Source: Macrostomum lignano (taxonomy: Eukaryota). Taken from it: a DNA stretch of 64,000 nt. Shown here one piece after another: positions 58,465 to 64,000 of the stretch. Within the stretch, counting starts at the first letter, position 1. Each line of letters begins with the position of its first letter. The DNA lies in assembly GCA_002269645.1 (NCBI GenBank), contig NIVC01000793.1, positions 310,001 through 374,000 on the forward strand, given 5' to 3'. The position numbers and the translations under genes are program-made. Under the pieces are notes generated by a model. It saw only the letters and a program-made list of their open reading frames with translations. It made no database searches and was not told where the DNA came from.

Positions 58465-59972
58465 TCATCTCTCATGTCAAGCACGATTTCTAAAAAGTTT
58501 TGGTGGAGAGCGGTTCTCAAGGACGATTCCTAAAAAGTTTGGCAGGAGGGCGGTTCTCAAGGACGATTCTTAAAAAGTTTGGCAGGAGGGCGGTTCTCAA
58601 GGACGATTCCTAAAAAGTTTGGCAGGAGGGCGGTTCTCAAGGACGATTCTTAAAAAGTTTGGCAGGAGGGCGGTTCTCAAGGACGATTCCTAAAAAGTTT
58701 GGCAGGAGGGCGGTTCTCAAGGACGATTCCTAAAAAGTTTGGCAGGAGGGCGGTTCTCAAGGACGATTCCTAAAAAGTTTGGCAGGAGGGCGGTTCTCAA
58801 GGACGATTCCTAAAAAGTTTGGCAGGAGGGCGGTTCTCAAGGACGATTCCTAAAAAGTTTGGCAGGAGGGCGGTTCTCAAGGACGATTCCTAAAAAGTTT
58901 GGCAGGAGGGCGGTTCTCAAGGACGATTCCTAAGGAGTGTGGGAGGAGGGCGGTTCTCAAGGACGATTCCTAAGAAGTTTGGGAGGAGGGCGGTTCTCAA
59001 GGACGATTCCTAAGGAGTGTGGGAGGAGGGCGGTTCTCAAGGACGCTTCCTAAGGAGTGTGGGAGGAGGGCGGTTCTCAAGGACGATTCCTAAGGAGTGT
59101 GGGAGGAGAGCGGTTCTCAAGGACGATTCCTAAGGAGTGTGGGAGGAGGGCGGTTCTCAAGGACGATTCCTAAGGAGTTCGAGAGGGCGGTTCTCAAGGA
59201 CGATTTCTAAAAAGTTTGGGAGGAGGGCGGTTCTCAAGGACAATTCCTAAGGAGTGTGGGAGGAGGGCGGTTCTCAAGGACGATTCCTAAGGAGTTCGAG
59301 AGGGCGGTTCTCAAGGACGATTCCTAAAAAGTTTGGGAGGAGGGCGGTTCTCAAGGACGATTACTAAGGAGTGTGGGAGGAGGGCGGTTCTCAAGGACGA
59401 TTCCTAAGGAGTGTGGGAGGAGGGCGGTTCTCAAGGACGATTCCTAAGGAGTGTGGGAGGAGGGCGGTTCTCAAGGACGATTCCTAAGGAGTTCGAGAGG
59501 GCGGTTCTCAAGGACGATTTCTAAAAAGTTTGGCAGGAGGGCGGTTCTCAAGGACGATTCCTAAAAAGTTTGGGAGGAGGGCGGTTCTCAAGGATGATTC
59601 CTAAAAAGTTTGGCAGGAGGGCGGTTCTCAAGGACGATTCCTAAAAAGTTTGGGAGGAGGGCGGTTCTCAAGGATGATTCCTAAAAAGTTTGGGAGGAGG
59701 GCGGTTCTCAAGGACGATTCCTAAAAAGTTTGGCAGGAGGGCGGTTCTCAAGGACGATTTCAAAAAAGTTTGGGAGGAGGGCGGTTCTCAAGGACGATTC
59801 CTAAAAAGTTTGGGAGGAGGGCGGTTCTCAAGGACGATTTCAAAAAAGTTTGGGAGGAGGGCGGTTCTCAAGGATGATTCCTAAAAAGTTTGGGAGGAGG
59901 GCGGTTCTCAAGGACGATTCCTAAAAAGTTTGGCAGGAGGGCGGTTCTCAAGGACGATTCCTAAAAAGTTTG
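58465..59972. repeat. 40-bp minisatellite (CGGTTCTCAAGGACGATTCCTAAAAAGTTTGGCAGGAGGG) upstream of E2F
   Basis: Period 40 measured (58511 to 58551), about 37 copies. Confidence 0.98.
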
Positions 59973-60349
59973 TACGCTTTTCAAGCTACTGAACTCAATA
60001 AAACGGCTGAAAGTCAAAAAGCTCAATATAAGCAAGAGCTGAAAGTCAGGAAGAAACAATATATCTGTTAAGGTATTTTTTTCAGCTTACAAACAACCAC
60101 CCAATAACTATTACCCATACGTACTATTCTGTTTAGGTTGTTAATTTTAACTACAATATTTGTAGAGCAGCACTTTGGCCCATTTTTTTCGCAATTTTTG
60201 CACTCATTTGATTTCAGAGAGCTTTGCAGAGCGCCAATAGAAAACAGAAAATGAATATTATTATTGTGTGCTACAATTCTCACCACACCAATTGCCAAGG
60301 ATCAGAGAAAAGAAAAGCAAGGAACTCGCACAGACAATAAATAAAACTC

Positions 60350-60836
60350 AAGGACCACTGTAGTATTACAGGAAGTAAAACTCAAAAATCGAGTAGTTCT
60401 TAGGAGGCCAATTTTCTGGAAAAAAAATACACTGCGGAGATGGGAAAACAGTTTTTTTCATCACAAAATCAATGAATTGCATTTGATCTGATTCAAAATT
60501 TTATTTAATTTTGCATGCACAACATGCTATTCAGTTGTATTGTATATATTTTTCAAGTGTAAGTTTCATTTTCATATTGTTTTCCATTCATTTCATAAGC
60601 CCAAGCCAAAGTTGAAACTACTCACAAGTGAAGTTTTTGTTTTTTTCATTTTTGAATCAAGTATATTATTACAAATAACAATTTTTTTAATTTGATTCAA
60701 AAATTAAAAAACAAAAACTTCACTTGTGAGTAATTTCAACTTTGGCTTGGGCTTATGGAATAAAAAGAAAACAATATGAAAATGAAACTTTCACTACGCA
60801 AATAAAGACTTTTCCTGTTATTCTACAGTGGTCCTT
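60350..60836. mobile_element. MITE/foldback element with ~27-bp terminal inverted repeats and an internal ~100-bp near-perfect hairpin
   Basis: AAGGACCACTGTAGTATTACAGGAAG pairs with TTTTCCTGTTATTCTACAGTGGTCCTT; inner arms 60561-60660 and 60692-60790 are reverse complements. Confidence 0.8.
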
Positions 60837-61334
60837 ATAAAAATAACACGTAAATTCGGAAATGTTATGTTAAACTTCTGTACTGACTGGATTTTTTTAA
60901 GGCAAAATCAAATTTTTGTCTTGGAGATCAACAGTTGGAAGCGAATCAAGCTGAAGAGGAAAAAATAGTTGATTTGATAAGCCACCGAGAAAAGTCAATA
61001 AATAATATGAATACGGACCCGACCACCCACAGCGCAGGCAGAATGAGAGAGGCAAAGCAAGAACAAAGACGACTCAAGTAGGACGGGAGAGTGTTTTCTT
61101 AGAAAAACATAACTAAAGGCTGGCTTTAGGCGTGACATTTTTCACATACAAAAGTACATCGTAACTGTTTTATTGGTCCATCGCTTTATTACCACTTTGC
61201 AGCCAACCAACCAGCCCTTTAAATGTTTTCTAAGAAATGAAGTTTCACCGTCCTTGAGCAACAATTAGCAAACTACTTCATATTATTAAATTGTTGGCAA
61301 ACAGTTCACAAAGACCGCAGACTGTCTCACTGAC

Positions 61335-61616
61335 TCAGATGCTGTCAATATCAACTTTGTCGGCAGTGTCCGAATCTTTATCGCCAGACTTCTTGCCAGC
61401 TCCGCCAGTTGCTTTGCTGTTCTTCGGTCCCGGATGCAGATTTGCTTCCTTCTGGTTCTCCCGATTGTTCTCGAGTTTCTGCACAGCAATGCGATCGTGC
61501 CGGCCGGCGGACTCAGAGTCTTTGTGCTCAGCTTGGTCCTTTTTGCTGCGGCCTTTGCCGCCTTTGCCGCCAAGCCTGTCTACCTCGTAGTTGTACTCTT
61601 CGTATTCGTCAGCCAT
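61335..61616 (-). CDS. NUPR1: Nuclear protein 1 / p8 family, 93 aa
   Basis: MADEYEEYNYEVDR..GGKGGKGRSKKDQAEH...GRHDRIAVQKLENN resembles the p8 pattern DEY.HYN...GK.R.K.EA..HTN...GH.RK...KL.N. Confidence 0.75.
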   Translation of the reverse strand: MADEYEEYNYEVDRLGGKGGKGRSKKDQAEHKDSESAGRHDRIAVQKLENNRENQKEANLHPGPKNSKATGGAGKKSGDKDSDTADKVDIDSI

Positions 61617-61809
61617 GATAGCCGCTTTTTTATATCAGAAGAACCTGCTTGCAACTAGTCTTTGTTTGAATTGAACTGCTGGGCTGCAGCGAAATGAGCA
61701 TGCAATAACACACTAAGTAAATGCAAATTGACAACAGGTAGGTCATACCTATGGTCCAGACTGATAAACTAACAGACTGGTACAGACTCACCTACAGTTA
61801 ATAAACTAA

Positions 61810-62155
61810 CCAATAAAACCAACCCCACAATGATAAACCAACCCCAAAATGATAAACCAACCCTACAATGAGAAACCAACCCCACAATTATAAACCAACA
61901 CAACCATTATAAACCAACACAACCATTATAAACCAACACAACCACGATAAACCAACACAACCACGATAAACCAACACAACCACGATAAACCAACACAACC
62001 ACGATAAACCAACATAACCACGATGAACCAACACAACCACGATAAACCAACACAACCACGATGAACCAACACAACCACGATAAACCAACACAACCACGAT
62101 AAACCAACACAACTACGATAAACCAACCCAACCATAATAAACCAACCCAACCACG
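61810..62155. repeat. 19-bp minisatellite (TAAACCAACACAACCACGA) between ECD and NUPR1
   Basis: 19-residue (3 x 19 nt) periodicity in the minus-strand pseudo-ORFs. Confidence 0.93.
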
Positions 62156-62364
62156 TTACGAGCCCTCGTAAAGCAGACATATTAAACCTTTTCTACTAAC
62201 CTATTATACTTAAAAAAACAATAGGTATTCGATTTAGAAAGCATAGCTTCAATAGAAAAATTACAATATTATATTTAGTACAATCACACAATTAATGTAC
62301 ACTGAATAAGTTACAATAAGCCAAGGCCATTCAAATGCACAGCACACATGACGCCCTGTTATCT

Positions 62365-62468
62365 CTAAGGCCGACGCGGAGTCCTCGGAGCAATGCCAGC
62401 CGCCGAGAACAGGCCGCTAAGCGGACCCGGCCGGACCGTCTGTTCCGCGGCGTAGGCCGCCTCAAGGC

Positions 62469-62525
<57 letters not shown>

Positions 62526-64000
62526 GGGCAGCCGTCCCGCTCAGCTCGGCGTCCATCTGGCGCATGTATCGACGCATCAGAATCCGCTGACGTCTAGCGG
62601 CATCGGCACTTTCGTTGGCCTCTCCATCGGCACCTTCACCATCGGAGACTGTCTCTTCATCAACATCGTCCGAATCTTCATCCTCAGCTTCGTCAGTCTC
62701 AGCATCTTCATTGTCATCGTCGCTATCAACAAATTGGTCGAATATTTTATTTAACGACGCTACTAAACCTTCGGCGTCTATGTCGATTTTGTTCGACAAT
62801 TTTGTCGACTCAAAATCTGTCGCTTTTGTTGTCGACTTCGAGTTCGTCGATTTCGCAGACTCCACGCCGTCTAGTCCGGATTCGGCGCGCAGGAACTCGG
62901 CAAATGTTCCGGCGGCGCCATCCTCAGCCAGATCGGCCAGGTCTACCGGACACCGGCCGGACACCCGGGCCATCAGTTCGTCCAGCTGGTCGGGCGTCAC
63001 GGTTAGCCAATCGTCCGAGTCCGGACACTCGACGCTGTCAGGCACCGGCGGAGCCGAACGACACAGTCGCGACAACAGGCGACTTGACGCCTCTAAATCG
63101 TCGAAATCGTCGTCATCGGCGCCGTCATCAGGGTCGGCTCCAGCCGGACACTTATCCAGCAGAATCTCCGCCCCGTGAGTGAGCATCAAGCCCAGCTGCA
63201 TCGCTCGCCGGTGCTCGGACACCTCCTGCGTTGTCATCGGCGCTTTAGCAGCCATCGAGTCTTCAGCCGCCGCCCAGTCCGAGCGCCGATCGGCGGCGTA
63301 TCCAGCCTCCGCCTGCGACATCAGCTGGGCGTAGCGGCATCGATTCAACAGCGGTGTGCAGAGCGTCAGCCTGTCGCCGGCCGTCAGCAGCGAGCAACGT
63401 CGCCGACATCGACGCGCCTCCTTGGCATCTCGCTGACAGAAAGCGGCCGCCACCGGCCCGACAAGATCCGGCCGCACGGCCAGAGCGGCGGCCAGACTGG
63501 CCGGCAGGAAGACGCGCGCTCGATGCACCGCCGGCTGCTCGTCAAGCAGCGCGGCCGCCCGCCGGGTCAAGCAGCTCTGCGCGGCGTCGGTCAGGCATTC
63601 GACAGAGTCGGAAGCGGCCAGCAATCGCAGTGCTTTACTCAGCTCGACACCGCCGCTGCCACCATCTCGCCAGGTCAGCAGGTGCAGCCGGCCAGCCATT
63701 AGCCAAGCTCGATTGTCCGAAGTCTCCGGCTCCAGCCAATCCGGCAGGTAGTCGGCCGTCTCGGCCAGCAAAAATTGACCATCCTCGTCTACAATGTCGG
63801 CCGCTAGGACGACTTCGGACAGTTGCTTAGTAACAGCTAGCAATATTCGGACAATCATCCATTCATCGTGGACGCAATCGCCAACTCGGACGAGACCGTG
63901 CAAGTGTCCGAAATCGACTGTTCCCCGGTCAGTTACGTCCGCCGGACACAGATTGAACGGCCGTTCGTGCCAGGCATGTCCGGCCGATACGGCGCCAGCC
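62365..64000 (-). CDS. ECD: Ecdysoneless (SGT1/ECD family), 3' portion; frame stays open to the window edge
   Basis: Extending the frame past 63903 gives HAWHERPFNL...HLHGLVRVGDCVHDEW, then DEDGQFLLAETADYLPDWLEPETSDNRAWL, HRARVFLP, RCRYAQL, PDSDDWLTVTPDQLDELM, acidic tract, YMRQMDAEL and PGPLSGL, all typical of ECD. Confidence 0.93.
62473..62523 (-). repeat. (GGC)17 coding trinucleotide repeat, poly-Gly in the ECD C-terminus
   Basis: 17 uninterrupted GCC units on the plus strand. Confidence 0.95.

Noticed and set aside
15055-59972. CRISPR-like appearance of regularly spaced repeats
   Set aside because: Units are head-to-tail with no unique spacers, there are no cas genes, and the context is eukaryotic.
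62335-63830. Plus-strand ORFs overlapping ECD, and similar antisense ORFs over NFS1, E2F, CHP and Kelch exons
   Set aside because: Shadow frames of GC3-rich coding sequence with no recognisable motifs.

Overview
Eukaryotic (metazoan, spliced) genomic DNA; no prokaryotic features. Hand-splicing gives nine protein-coding genes. Plus strand: the 3' part of cytosolic malate dehydrogenase MDH1, a complete 7-exon ATAD3, a 5-exon BTB-BACK-Kelch gene, a complete 3-exon NFS1, and a 10-exon divergent multi-pass (7TM-like) membrane protein that is nearly invisible in the ORF track. Minus strand: an intronless CHP/calcineurin-B-like EF-hand gene, a 2-exon E2F4/5, NUPR1/p8 and the 3' part of ECD. All exon phases join correctly. 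By my hand sum roughly 40% of the window is tandem arrays with 8-49 bp units, usually one distinct array per intron or directly upstream of a start codon. Most long ORFs in the ORF track are artefacts of these arrays. Also present: tRNA-derived SINE-like copies, two 5S-rRNA-like fragments, hAT-type MITEs and foldback elements. GC3-rich exons, minisatellite-filled introns, very short introns and AG acceptors just upstream of ATGs suggest a flatworm such as Macrostomum, but that is an unverified inference. No database searches were run; family calls rest on recalled motifs.
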